Positions 26,791 through 37,500 are shown, counted from the stretch's first letter. The stretch: DNA of 51,028 nucleotides from an uncultured Acidimicrobiia bacterium (GCA_964594235.1 CAZQMF010000006.1:1-51028); one strand, 5' to 3'. Numbers and translations: made by a program. Notes: a model not told the origin generated them from the letters alone.

Positions 26791-29700
26791 TCAGGTTTTC
26801 TCCACCCGTACGGTGACTGCCGAGTCGTCGATGTCGAGCGGCGTGCCGGATGCGACTTCGTCGAGACGCGTGAGGTCGACGGCCAGCACCTCCGCGGAGA
26901 TCATTGCACGATGAACCTCGATCGCCGCGGCAGTGGCAGCGTCGTCGGTTGACCACGACACTTCGATGCGGTCTGTGACGTCGAGGTCGAGGTCTCGCCG
27001 CACCTGTTGGATGCGGTTGATGAACTCGCGAGCGAGCCCCTCAGCGATCAGTTCATCGGTCAAGTCGACGTCGAGAGCGACCGACACCTTCCCTTCGGCG
27101 GCAACCACTTTCCCAGCCTTTGGGGTGCGCTGCACGGCGATGTCGGATGCCGTGATGATGTGGCCGCTCAGCTCGATGGAACCGCCTTCGAGCAGTGTCT
27201 CGATCGTCGGTCCGTCGAGCGCGGCGATGGAGGCGGCCACCTCCCGGACGGACGGGCCAAGCCTCGGTCCCAGAACCTTGAAGTCGGCCTTGGCGTGGAT
27301 ATCGACGGCCGCCAGTTCGTCGGCGCCGGTTGACACCTGCTTGACGTTGAGCTCGTCGGCGATGATCGCAGTGTGCGCTCTGGTCGCGTCGAGCACGTGC
27401 CTGTCGCGGGTGAAGACGGTGATCGACTCGAGTGGCTGGCGAACACGGATGCCGGACGTGACTCGTAGCGACCGTCCCAGTGTCACCACCTGACGAATCG
27501 TTGCCATTTCGCGTTCCAGGCCGAGATCGATGAGGTCGGTGTGCGGGGTCGGGTAATCGGAGAGGTGCACGCTGGCGGGACCGTCCTCCTGGGGTGTCCT
27601 GTGGGTCACGACCAGTCCTTGATAGATCTCCTCGGTCACGAACGGCAGGACCGGTGCGATCACCTTCGCAAAGGTCACGAGGACGTCGTACAAGGTTGCG
27701 AACGCAGACAGTTTGTCGGTATCGCTCGCCTCTCTCGCACGCCAGAAGCGCCGTCGCGAACGACGGATGTACCAGTTCGTGAGATGGTCGATGAACTCGA
27801 CCATCGGGGGCACGACTGCGTACAGGTAGTACCCCTCCATCATTTCGTTGACCTGCGAGATGAGACTCTGCAGCATCGACAGGATCCATCGATCCAGCTC
27901 CGGCCGGGACGTGGGCTCAGGGGCGTCGGCCAGGTCCTGACGTGTGATGCCATCTGCCTCGGCGTACGTCGTGAAGAATGAATAGGCGTTCCAGAGGGGC
28001 AGGATCACCGTCCTCGTCACCTCCTTGACGCCTGCTTCCGTGAATCGAAGAGGCTCCGCTCTCAGCAGTGGCGAGGTGATCATGTAGGCCCTGAGCGGGT
28101 CTGCGCCGTAGGCGTTGAGCAGTTCCATCGGATCCGGGTAGTTCTTGAGGCTCTTGGACATCTTTCGTCCGTCCTCGGCGAGGATCATCCCGTTCACGAC
28201 GCAGTTGCGGAACGGTGCCTCGCCGAAGATGGCTGTTGCGAGTACGAGCAGTGTGTAGAACCAACCTCGCGTTTGGTCCAGACCTTCTGCGATGAAGTCG
28301 GCCGGGAACTTGAGATCGAAGGTGTCGGCGTTCTCGAAAGGGTAGTGGTGCTGCGCGTAGGGCATCGAGCCCGACTCGAACCAGACGTCGAACACCTCCG
28401 GGACGCGGCGCATCTCCGACCCGCACTCGGTGCACGGCATGCTGACTTCATCAACGATGTGTTTGTGGAGATCGGTGAGGCGTCGACCCGACGCCGCCTC
28501 CAACTCATCGATCGATCCCATGCAGGCCTGATGACCGCACGATGGGCACTCCCAGACGGGAATGCAACTGCCCCAGTAGCGGTTGCGGCTGATCGCCCAG
28601 TCTCTCGCGTTCTCCAGCCAGTTCCCGAATCGTTTCTCGCCGACATAGTCGGGAACCCAGTGCACCGTGTTGTTGCGGTCGACCATCAGGTCCTTGAACG
28701 ATTCGACGTTCACGAACCAGGAAGGGATCGCCTTGTAGATGAGTGGTGTGTGGGTGCGATAGCAGAACGGGTACGAGTGGCGGATTTGCTCACGCTTGAC
28801 GAGCAGGCCCTTGCGCTTGAGGAGGGCGATGAGTTCGTTGTCGGCATCCTTGACGTACATGCCGGCGACATCGGGAGCGTCGTCGGTGAATCTCGCCTGT
28901 CCGTCGACCGGATCGACGAGGACGTCGAGACCTGCCGCCTGGAGGGCGTAGAAGTCGGCTTCTCCGTAGGCAGGAGCCATGTGGACGAGTCCCGTGCCTT
29001 CGTCCGTGGTCACCTCGTCGCTGGCGATCACCCGGAACGCGCCGTGGTCACGTTCTTCTTCGAAGTAGGGGAACGGCGGTGTGTAGGGCGCACCAACGAG
29101 TTCGGTGCCTTGTGCCGTCGCGACGACCTCATCATCGGGCCACAGCTCGTCTTTGCGTGACTCGGCGACCCAGTGTCGCTGATGGTCGCGAACGACGGCG
29201 ACGTAGGTGATGTCCTCACCGACCGCGACCGCGAGGTTTCCCGGCAGCGTCCAAGGTGTGGTTGTCCACACGACGAGGAAGTCACCTTCGCGCACCGGAC
29301 CATGCGACGCCGTGATGGGGAGTCGAACGGTGATGGCGGGGTCGTCGACGTCCATGTATTCGAGGTTCGCCTCGAAGTTGGAGAGCGGTGTCGCGGCACC
29401 CCATGAGTACGGAAGCACCTTGAAGGCACGGTAGACGAGCCCTTTGTCCCAGAGCTGCTTGAACACCCACCAGACGCTCTCCATGAAGTCGAGGTCCATG
29501 GTCTTGTAGTCGTCTCGGAAGTCGACCCACCGCCCCATGCGCCGAGTGATCGTCTCCCACATCTCCGTGTTGGTCTCGACCCTGGCGCGGCACGCCTCGT
29601 TGAATCTGGCCACACCGTATGCCTCGATGTCGCGGGGGCCGTTGAGGCCGAGCGACTCTTGGACTTCCATTTCGATCGGGAGCCCATGGGTGTCCCAACC

Positions 29701-29955
29701 GAACCGTCGAACCACCCGATGGCCACGCATTGTCCAGTAGCGGGGCACGATGTCCTTGATGGTTCCTGCGAGAAGGTTCCCGTAGTGGGGACTGCCCGTC
29801 GGGAAGGGTGGTCCGTCGTAGAACGTGTACTCGGACGCTGCCGGCCTCATCTCGACAGACATGTGAAACGCGTCGATTCTGTCCCACAGTTCGAGGATTC
29901 CTTCCTCGATGGAGGGGAACGAGACGTTCGGTTGGACCCGGCTGAAGCTGTTCAT
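26791..29955 (-). CDS. ileS: Isoleucine--tRNA ligase, type 2 (IleRS2)
   Basis: YDGPPFPTGSPHYGN, GWDTHGLPIE, WTTTPWTLPGN, DWAISRNRYWG, EGLDQTRGWFY, KMSKS; type-2 C-terminus (EGLAREFINRIQ). Confidence 0.96.
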   Translation of the reverse strand: MNSFSRVQPNVSFPSIEEGILELWDRIDAFHMSVEMRPAASEYTFYDGPPFPTGSPHYGNLLAGTIKDIVPRYWTMRGHRVVRRFGWDTHGLPIEMEVQESLGLNGPRDIEAYGVARFNEACRARVETNTEMWETITRRMGRWVDFRDDYKTMDLDFMESVWWVFKQLWDKGLVYRAFKVLPYSWGAATPLSNFEANLEYMDVDDPAITVRLPITASHGPVREGDFLVVWTTTPWTLPGNLAVAVGEDITYVAVVRDHQRHWVAESRKDELWPDDEVVATAQGTELVGAPYTPPFPYFEEERDHGAFRVIASDEVTTDEGTGLVHMAPAYGEADFYALQAAGLDVLVDPVDGQARFTDDAPDVAGMYVKDADNELIALLKRKGLLVKREQIRHSYPFCYRTHTPLIYKAIPSWFVNVESFKDLMVDRNNTVHWVPDYVGEKRFGNWLENARDWAISRNRYWGSCIPVWECPSCGHQACMGSIDELEAASGRRLTDLHKHIVDEVSMPCTECGSEMRRVPEVFDVWFESGSMPYAQHHYPFENADTFDLKFPADFIAEGLDQTRGWFYTLLVLATAIFGEAPFRNCVVNGMILAEDGRKMSKSLKNYPDPMELLNAYGADPLRAYMITSPLLRAEPLRFTEAGVKEVTRTVILPLWNAYSFFTTYAEADGITRQDLADAPEPTSRPELDRWILSMLQSLISQVNEMMEGYYLYAVVPPMVEFIDHLTNWYIRRSRRRFWRAREASDTDKLSAFATLYDVLVTFAKVIAPVLPFVTEEIYQGLVVTHRTPQEDGPASVHLSDYPTPHTDLIDLGLEREMATIRQVVTLGRSLRVTSGIRVRQPLESITVFTRDRHVLDATRAHTAIIADELNVKQVSTGADELAAVDIHAKADFKVLGPRLGPSVREVAASIAALDGPTIETLLEGGSIELSGHIITASDIAVQRTPKAGKVVAAEGKVSVALDVDLTDELIAEGLAREFINRIQQVRRDLDLDVTDRIEVSWSTDDAATAAAIEVHRAMISAEVLAVDLTRLDEVASGTPLDIDDSAVTVRVEKT

Positions 29956-30020
29956 GTGGACTCCGCATCGTAGACGGAAGGTGTCCGGAAACCGACCCAG
30001 CTGAGGTTCACTGTGTGAAC

Positions 30021-30132
30021 CGTCTTCGGTTTTGGGTTGTCGGTAATCGGTAAGACGATCGTCTGCCGGTTCGAGTCGCTCGAAGTCGCGTGCTGAAGGC
30101 TGTCGGCTGTCGGCTGTGAGCCGTCCGCTTTG
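30021..30132. repeat. Heptamer arrays, copy C (both subtypes)
   Basis: CGTCTTC-GGTTTTG-GGTTGTC-GGTAATC-GGTAAGA (30021-30055) and TGCTGAA-GGCTGTC-GGCTGTC-GGCTGTG-AGCCGTC-CGCTTTG (30091-30132). Confidence 0.8.
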
Positions 30133-30146
30133 CTACGTTTTCTCCT

Positions 30147-30425
30147 ATGGGTCCCCTGCGAGCACATCCCGAAGGCGTCGAAGTGCTCGTGTGGGTCGTC
30201 CCTGGAGCTTCCCGTAGCGAGATCATCGGCCTCCACGACGGAGCCATCCGGATACGAGTCGCGGCACCTCCGGAGGGAGGGAAAGCGAACAAGGCGGTGA
30301 TCGCGATGCTTGCCGCTGCGACCGGCGCACCCGCGCGGTTGCTCTCGGGGGACGCCTCCCGACGCAAGAGGATCCTTCTCGAAGGGGTGACCGAGCAACA
30401 AGCCCGGGCAGCGCTGCGTCTCTGA
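30147..30425 (+). CDS. DUF167 (YggU/UPF0235) family protein
   Basis: VWVVPGASRSEI...IRVAAPPEGGKANKA...GDASRRK; TACGTT-N7-ATG. Confidence 0.9.
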   Translation: MGPLRAHPEGVEVLVWVVPGASRSEIIGLHDGAIRIRVAAPPEGGKANKAVIAMLAAATGAPARLLSGDASRRKRILLEGVTEQQARAALRL

Positions 30426-30480
30426 CCCTTCTGTGAAGGGTGTCGAGTGTGTCCGGTCTTCTGCTATCTTGCCGTGGATC

Positions 30481-30852
30481 ATGACCCGCACACTCTCGCC
30501 GGCAACGCTCAAGAAGCTGCGACGAAGGCTGGAAGCGGACCTGCACGAGCTCCAAGAGACGATCGACGATCATCTCCAGGATCTCGAAGAAGCACGGCTG
30601 GCGCAGGCAGCGGGCGAGCGAAGCGCCGACCCGGCCAGTACCGAAACAGGATCCGCCGCCACCGTGTTCGAATCCGAGCTCTCAGTGGTCCGCAATAGTC
30701 AGGAGCTCCTTGGGCAGGTCGAGGACGCGCTGGAGCGGCTCGATGCAGGGACCTACGGGATATGCATCAACTGCGGAAGGCCGATTCCGGCCGCCCGCCT
30801 CAACGCGCTTCCCTACACGACGTTGTGCGTCGCGTGCGCAGCCAAGCGCTGA
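30481..30852 (+). CDS. TraR/DksA C4 zinc-finger protein
   Basis: Coiled coil, then ALERLDAGTYGICINCGRPI..ARL.ALPYTTLCVAC. Confidence 0.9.
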   Translation: MTRTLSPATLKKLRRRLEADLHELQETIDDHLQDLEEARLAQAAGERSADPASTETGSAATVFESELSVVRNSQELLGQVEDALERLDAGTYGICINCGRPIPAARLNALPYTTLCVACAAKR

Positions 30853-31304
30853 AGCAGAAGGCGGCCGCGCTGATCGTGGCGGCCGTGATCGTCGTCGCAG
30901 ATCAGATCACCAAAGCGTGGGCGCTTCGCTCGATACCCACCGGAACCAGCATCGATCTCATTTCGGGTGTGCTGCGACTCCGGGTGTACGAGAACCAGGG
31001 TGTCGCATTCAGCATGTTCCAGAACGCCGGAACTGTCCTCGTCATCGCCATCATCGTCGCAGTGATCGTCATCTTGTTCGCCCTCAAGTCTTCGGAGTCG
31101 TGGTGGCAATCGATCACACTGGGACTGGTCCTTGGCGGGGCGATGGGCAATCTCGTCGACAGGTTCGTCCGGGGAAGCGGCTTCCTCAACGGCAGGGTGG
31201 TCGACTGGATCGAACCGTCGTTTTTCGCCACGTTCAACCTCGCCGACGCATCGATCACGATCGGCGTCATCGTGTTGTTTGTCATCAGCTTCCGGCAGTC
31301 GTGA
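30825..31304 (+). CDS. lspA: Lipoprotein signal peptidase II
   Basis: DQITK, NQGVAFS, GAMGNLVDR, VVDWI, FNLAD; start approximate. Confidence 0.93.
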   Translation: MRRVRSQALKQKAAALIVAAVIVVADQITKAWALRSIPTGTSIDLISGVLRLRVYENQGVAFSMFQNAGTVLVIAIIVAVIVILFALKSSESWWQSITLGLVLGGAMGNLVDRFVRGSGFLNGRVVDWIEPSFFATFNLADASITIGVIVLFVISFRQS

Positions 31305-32221
31305 ACACGAGTATCGGCCCCGAGTTGGCAGGCGAACGCATCGACAAGGTCGTTTCGATCCTTGCCGGGCTGAGTAGACGAGTGGCGCGGACACTGGTCG
31401 AATCGGGGGACGTGCTCGTCGATGGAACCACCATGTCACCGAAGGATCGGGTGGTAGGCGGCGAACGGGTCTCGATCCGCATACCCGTCGAGCAGACACT
31501 CGAACCCGAGGATGTCTCATTCGGTGTCTGCTACGAGGACGAGAACGTCGCGGTCATCGACAAACCGTCGGGCGTCGTTGTCCATCCAGGCGCGGGCGTC
31601 AGTCGCGGAACCCTCGCTGCCGGCCTGCTCCATCGATGGCCACAACTCGAGGGCGTCGGCGTGAAAGACCGGTGGGGGATCGTGCATCGGCTCGATCGGG
31701 ACACGTCAGGGCTACTCCTCGTCGCACTGACCGAGGAGGCCTACCGGTCACTGACCGATGCGATGGCTGAGCGATCCGTCAAGAGGACCTACCGGGCCCT
31801 CGTCGAGGGGCTGTTCTCACTACCTGCCGGAACGGTCGACGCTCCGATCGGGCGCGACCCCCGAAACCCGAGACGGCGGGCCCTCCAGCGCGATGGCAGA
31901 CCTGCCCGGACGCACTACCGGCGGCTCGCCTCATGGGACGGGCCCAACCTGAGCCTTCTCGAGGTGCAGCTCGAAACCGGACGGACGCACCAGATAAGGG
32001 TGCACATGGCATCGATCGATCATCCGGTGGTCGGCGACACCATGTATGGAGGACAACCGTCCGAGCGTCTATGGCTACATGCCGTGGCGTTGTCGTTCAT
32101 GCACCCTGTGCGCGGCGAAGAGATCACCGTGACGTCCCCACTGCCCGACGAACTCCGTGGTCTGCTGGACGAACTGGGCGAGCCGGACGTCGGGGCGGTG
32201 GATCAGCCCCAGAACACCTGA
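31301..32221 (+). CDS. rluD: RluA/RluD-family 23S rRNA pseudouridine synthase
   Basis: S4 domain, DKPSGVVVHP, VHRLDRDTSGL, LETGRTHQIRVH; GTG overlaps the lspA stop. Confidence 0.9.
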   Translation: MNTSIGPELAGERIDKVVSILAGLSRRVARTLVESGDVLVDGTTMSPKDRVVGGERVSIRIPVEQTLEPEDVSFGVCYEDENVAVIDKPSGVVVHPGAGVSRGTLAAGLLHRWPQLEGVGVKDRWGIVHRLDRDTSGLLLVALTEEAYRSLTDAMAERSVKRTYRALVEGLFSLPAGTVDAPIGRDPRNPRRRALQRDGRPARTHYRRLASWDGPNLSLLEVQLETGRTHQIRVHMASIDHPVVGDTMYGGQPSERLWLHAVALSFMHPVRGEEITVTSPLPDELRGLLDELGEPDVGAVDQPQNT

Positions 32222-33228
32222 GCCGTAGCGAACAGCTCCTCGTCGACACCTCGGGTGCTCGCACAGGCTTCTTCGAGAGTGACCGGCACGATGTTCCGCC
32301 CGCGGATGGCGACCATGGTTCCCCACTTGCCTTCTGCGGCGAGGTCGGCTGCGCCGACACCGAAACGGGTGCCCAACACGCGGTCGTACGCTGTAGGTGT
32401 CCCGCCCCGTTGAACGTGTCCGAGCACCGTCACGCGGGTCTCGAAGCCTGTCATCTCTTCGAGGATGGGCGCGATCTGATACGCAACCCCGCCGAACCGC
32501 TCGAACCCGAACGCATCGATCTGGCCGCGACCTGCGTCCCCGGATGGCGGCTCGACGCCCTCCGCGACCACCACGACGGAGTAGCGGTGACCCCTCCTGT
32601 GTCTGGTCCTGATGATGTCTGCGCAGGTCTCGAGATCACAGCGAACCTCGGGGATCAAGATGGCGTCGGCGCCCGACGCAATGCCCGAGTAGGCGGCGAT
32701 CCAGCCACGAGTTCGGCCCATGACCTCGACGAGCATGATGCGGTGGTGCGCCTCGGCGGTCGTCGTGATCCTGTCGATCGCTTCGGTCGCGATCTCCACA
32801 GCGGTGTTGAAGCCGAACGTGGTGTCCGTAGCTTCGATGTCGTTGTCGATCGTCTTCGGGACTCCGATGACCTTGAGGCCCTCTTCCGAGAGCCGAAGTG
32901 CCGACGCAAGAGTGCCATCACCACCTACAACGATCACACCGTCGAGCCCGTTGTCTCGCACCGTCTGCGCGATGCTCGCGTAGCCGTCGCCATGGACGTA
33001 CGGGTCCATGCGGGATGATCCGAGGATGGTGCCACCACGCTGGAGGATGCCGCGCACGGCATCGCGATCGAGGGGGACGACCTTGCCCTGCATCAAACCT
33101 TCCCATCCATTGAGGATGCCGACGACCTCGGCGCCATGCGTGAGGGTCGCTCTCGTGACGACCGCCCTGATGACGGCGTTGAGCCCCGGACAATCGCCAC
33201 CGGCGGTGAGAACGCCTAGAACATCCAT
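32203..33228 (-). CDS. pfkA: 6-phosphofructokinase, group III (GGDG, probably ATP-dependent)
   Basis: LTAGGDCPGLN, GGDGT, PKTIDND, EVMGR, LGHVQRGG. Confidence 0.9.
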   Translation of the reverse strand: MDVLGVLTAGGDCPGLNAVIRAVVTRATLTHGAEVVGILNGWEGLMQGKVVPLDRDAVRGILQRGGTILGSSRMDPYVHGDGYASIAQTVRDNGLDGVIVVGGDGTLASALRLSEEGLKVIGVPKTIDNDIEATDTTFGFNTAVEIATEAIDRITTTAEAHHRIMLVEVMGRTRGWIAAYSGIASGADAILIPEVRCDLETCADIIRTRHRRGHRYSVVVVAEGVEPPSGDAGRGQIDAFGFERFGGVAYQIAPILEEMTGFETRVTVLGHVQRGGTPTAYDRVLGTRFGVGAADLAAEGKWGTMVAIRGRNIVPVTLEEACASTRGVDEELFATAQVFWG

Positions 33229-34382
33229 CAGTACAGGAACATCGGTTTGCCGGACACGTGACGAACCTTAGGTCGGTAGGCCTCGGCGTTGTACAGCTCT
33301 TCGACGTCGACCCGCTTGACGCCCTCGCGAGTGACGCTGATCGGTACGCTCGTGTACGTGCCGCCCCGCAACGCCACCATGCGACCGGACGCGCCTTCGA
33401 GCGCGAGATCTGCCGCCATGACCGCGTAGTTGGTGGCGACCATCAGGTCCAGCGAGTCTGGGTTTCCCGACCTCATGAGGTAGCCGACCTGCTGGTAGAC
33501 GATTCCGAGGCCTGTCTTCTCCTTGAGGAGTTCGCCGGTCAGGGCGCCGATGCCTCCGAGCTTGCGGTGCCCGAACATGTCGGCGTCACCAGAGAGCACC
33601 ATGTCTCCGCCGCTGATGGTTGCTCCCTCGGAGATCGTCATCATCGCGTAGTTGCTGGGGTTGCGTCGACGATCCTCCAGAAGCAACCCCGCGAGTTTGT
33701 CGAGGTCGAACGGCACCTCGGAGATGATTGCCCTGTCGACACCCGCTAGGTAGGCCGTGATCAGGGACGTCTCTCCGCTGTATCGCCCAAACAGCTCAAC
33801 GACCGCCAACCGCTCGTGCGACCCGGCCGACGTACGGAGGTTGTGGATGAATTGGACCCCTCTCGTCACGGCCGTCGAGAAGCCGATGCAGTAGTCGGTG
33901 CCGTGCACGTCGTTGTCCATCGTCTTCGGGATCGCGATGACCGGAACGCCTTCGTCGTGCAACCTCAGGCCGTACGACAACGTGTCGTCGCCTCCGATGG
34001 GGATGAGAACGTCGATGCGTTGTGCCTCGATGACATCGAGCACGTGCGGTGTGAAGTCGTGAGGCCCGTCTCCCTCTGCGAGATCGGAGAGGAACGATGG
34101 GACGTCGCTCGTCGGGACCTTCCCGGGGTTCGTGCGCGACGTGTGCAGGAACGTCCCGCCGGTTCGGTCAACCGTCCGAACTCGTGCCCTGTCGAGAGGG
34201 ATCAGGTAGCGGGACAGGTCCTCCGGTTCGTCCAGATTGTGTTCGAGCAGCCCTGCCCAGCCTCTCCGAATACCGATGACCTCGTGGCCCTCGTCGCTGA
34301 CCCGGTCGACGACCGCCTTGATGCACGGGTTCAGACCGGGGACGTCTCCTCCACCGGTGAGAATGCCGATTCGCATGGTCAT
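33228..34382 (-). CDS. PfkA-family phosphofructokinase with PPi-type signature
   Basis: [35 protein letters not shown]. Confidence 0.88.
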   Translation of the reverse strand: MTMRIGILTGGGDVPGLNPCIKAVVDRVSDEGHEVIGIRRGWAGLLEHNLDEPEDLSRYLIPLDRARVRTVDRTGGTFLHTSRTNPGKVPTSDVPSFLSDLAEGDGPHDFTPHVLDVIEAQRIDVLIPIGGDDTLSYGLRLHDEGVPVIAIPKTMDNDVHGTDYCIGFSTAVTRGVQFIHNLRTSAGSHERLAVVELFGRYSGETSLITAYLAGVDRAIISEVPFDLDKLAGLLLEDRRRNPSNYAMMTISEGATISGGDMVLSGDADMFGHRKLGGIGALTGELLKEKTGLGIVYQQVGYLMRSGNPDSLDLMVATNYAVMAADLALEGASGRMVALRGGTYTSVPISVTREGVKRVDVEELYNAEAYRPKVRHVSGKPMFLY

Positions 34383-34498
34383 CCCTTCTCGTAGACATCG
34401 ATGAAGTGCCGGAGTCTCGCGACGATGTCGGGCGCGGTGCCATTGCGGCTGATCTTCTTCTCGAAGCCGCGATCAAGACTGTGAGGGTTCGCGTTCAC
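34379..34498 (-). CDS. Small 39-aa ORF translationally coupled to the PPi-type PFK
   Basis: AAGGAG SD, 5 nt, GTG; (M)[38 protein letters not shown]; mostly G/C third positions; stop overlaps the pfk ATG (ATGA). Confidence 0.55.
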   Translation of the reverse strand: MNANPHSLDRGFEKKISRNGTAPDIVARLRHFIDVYEKG

Positions 34499-34595
34499 GC
34501 ACACTCCTTGCACCATGAGTGCACCATGCTACCCACCGATCAGGTCGGCAAGGGGCTTGGCTGGTATGGTTCGAATCCCACTGATGTAGTTCTTC

Positions 34596-37500
34596 ATGGA
34601 CGGTTTCGCACACCTTCATCTTCACACCGAGTTCTCGATGCTCGACGGCGCCGCACGGGTGCACGACGTCGTCCGTGCCGCTCGTGAGGACGGCCAGCCG
34701 GCGGTCGCGATCACCGACCACGGAGTTCTATACGGCGTTGTGGACTTCTACCAGGCGGCCCGCAAGGAGGGGATCAAGCCGATCATCGGTGTCGAGGCGT
34801 ACGTCACGCCCGGATCGCGGTTCGACCGGCCGCCGAGAAACAAGAACATCCGCTACCACCTCACGCTGCTCGCAGAGAACGAGACGGGGTATCGCAACCT
34901 GATGAAATTGGTGAGCCGGTCGTACCTCGAGGGCTACTACTACAAGCCGAGGATGGACTTCGATCTGCTCGCCGAATACAGCGAAGGGATCATCGCCGGA
35001 TCAGGATGTCTCGGTGGTGAAGTCGCACAGATGCTCGCCCCTGATGCGTCTCAAGAGGAAGGCAACCAGGGGCAGGTGCGCGACTTCGACGCCGCGCTGA
35101 CCGCCGCCGCCAGGTACCAGGAGATCTTCGGCAGGGACAACTTCTTCATCGAGTTGCAAGATCACGGCATCGAGGCACAGCGACGTGTCCTTCCCGATCT
35201 CGTGGATGTCGCTCGCCGTATCGGCGCTCCACTGCTCGCCACGAATGACTCGCACTACACGAGGCGTCAGGAAGCCGACGCTCACGACGTACTCCTCTGC
35301 ATCCAGACGGGTGCGACGATCAACGAACCCAACAGGCTCAAGTTTCAGGGTCAGGAGTTCTATCTGAAGACGTCGCAGGAGATGCGATCGCTGTTCCCGG
35401 ACGACCTGTATCCGGGTGCCACCGACAACACGCTGCTCGTCGCAGAACGGGCGAACGTGGAGCTGAGATTCGGGGAGATTCTGCTACCGCACTTTCCGGT
35501 GCCGGAGGGCACCACGGAGGCGTCCTATCTGCAAGACCTGGTGTACGAGGGTGCCCGCTCGCGGTATGGGGATCCTCTCCCCGTGGAGGTCGTTGACCGA
35601 ATCGAGCACGAGCTTCGCACCGTCCGGGAGATGGGGTTCCCCGCATACTTCCTCATCGTATGGGACCTCATCCGATACGCCAGAGAGAACGCGATCAGGG
35701 TGGGCCCGGGACGGGGGAGCGCCGCAGGGTCGATCATCTCATACTGCCTGCACATCACGGACATGGATCCGATCCGCTATGGCCTCATCTTCGAACGGTT
35801 CCTCAATCCGGGTCGTAGGGAGATGCCCGATATCGACATGGACTTCGACGAGCGGTACCGGTCAGACGTGATCAAGTATGCCGCCGAACGGTACGGTTCC
35901 GACCACGTCGCCCAAATCATCACGTTCTCCACCATCAAGGGCCGCCAGGCACTGAGAGACTCGGCGAGAGTGCTCGGCTTTACGTACGGGTTTGGGGATC
36001 GAATCGCCAAGATGATGCCTCCTGCGATCCTCGGGGTGGAGGCTTCGCTCACCCAGTGTCTTGAAGACCCCGGCAAGGGCGCCGATCCCGCGCTCCGCGA
36101 CTTCTACTCGAATGGTGCGCAACTTCGGGCCGTCTATCAGCAGGAGGAAGACGCACGCAAGGTCATCGATACGGCGCGGGGGCTCGAAGGGCTTCGACGC
36201 CAGGATTCCATCCACGCAGCAGCGGTGGTCATCTCTCCGGAGCCCCTCTGGAACCTGGTGCCCCTCCAACAGAAGGGCGAGGGGGCGGAGATCGTCACCC
36301 AGTACGAGATGAACGGAGTTCAGGACCTGGGCCTTCTGAAGATGGACTTCCTCGGGCTTCGGAACCTCTCGACGATCGAGAGATCACTCGAGCTGATCGA
36401 GCAGTCGACGGGGGAACGGATCGATATCGACTCGGTCCCTCTCGACGACGAGGCAACGTTCGAGATGATCCGGGCTGCCGACACGATCGGGGTGTTCCAA
36501 CTCGAAGGGTCGGCGATGCGGGCCCTCATTCGCGCGCTCCAGCCTGAGAGCTTCGACGACATCATCGCCGTCAACGCCTTGTTCAGACCTGGCCCGATGG
36601 GCGTCAACATGCACTACGAGTACGCAGATCGCAAGAACGGCCGCAAGCCGGTGGAGTATCCACATCCGGCGACCCAGCCCTTCCTCGAGTCCACCTACGG
36701 GATCATCGTGTTTCAGGAACAGGTGATGCAGGTGGCTCAGGCGCTCGCCGGGTACACGATGGCCGAGGCGGACAACTTCCGCAAGGCAATGGGCAAGAAG
36801 GTGAAGTCGATCATGGCCAAGGAGCGCAGCAAGTTCGTTGCAGGCTGCGCCGGGCAGGGCCACACGGAGCAGCTCGGCAAGGAACTGTGGGATGCGATCG
36901 AACCGTTCGCCGGGTACGGATTCAACAAGCCGCACAGCGCCGCGTACGGCTTTGTCGCGTACCAGACCGCATGGCTGAAAGCTCACTACCCGGCCGAGTA
37001 TTTGGCCGCGCTGCTCACATCAACGAAACGAGACAAAGACCGGACCTCCCTGTACCTGAGCGAGTGCCGGATGCAAGGCATCGAGGTGGTCGTTCCCGAC
37101 ATCAACCGTTCCGAACTCGACTTCTCAGTGCGGGATGGCCGGATCGTCTTCGGCATGTCGGCGGTACGCAACGTTGGGGAGGGAGTCGTCGAGCGAATCC
37201 TCGATGCGCGCCGTGAGGGAGGGGAGTTCAAGGACTTCATCGACTTCGTCGACCGTGTGGACGTGTCGGTGCTCAACCGGCGCACCATCGAGTCACTGAT
37301 CAAGGCGGGCGCATTCGACAGCCTCGGAGTGACACGACGGGGGCTGATCCTGTCCTACGAACAGATACTGGACGCCACGGTCACTCGACGTCGCAACGAA
37401 GAAATGGGGCAGTACTCGTTGTTTGGCGGGGCGTCGTCTCCGGTCGAGGTCGCTCAACCTGACATTCCCAACCTCGAGTGGGACAAGAAGGTGCGACTCG

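Noticed and set aside
29956-30146. T-box riboswitch upstream of ileS
   Set aside because: No T-box consensus on the minus strand; a -10-like box sits 11 nt from the ATG
30005-30441. Two 17-bp palindromes with TGT centres flanking DUF167 (30005-30021 and 30425-30441)
   Set aside because: Arm sequences are unrelated and lack U-tracts; likely chance or weak terminators
34550-34585. GGTTCGAATCC, resembling a tRNA T-loop or att site
   Set aside because: No 5-bp T-stem, acceptor stem or D-arm can be formed
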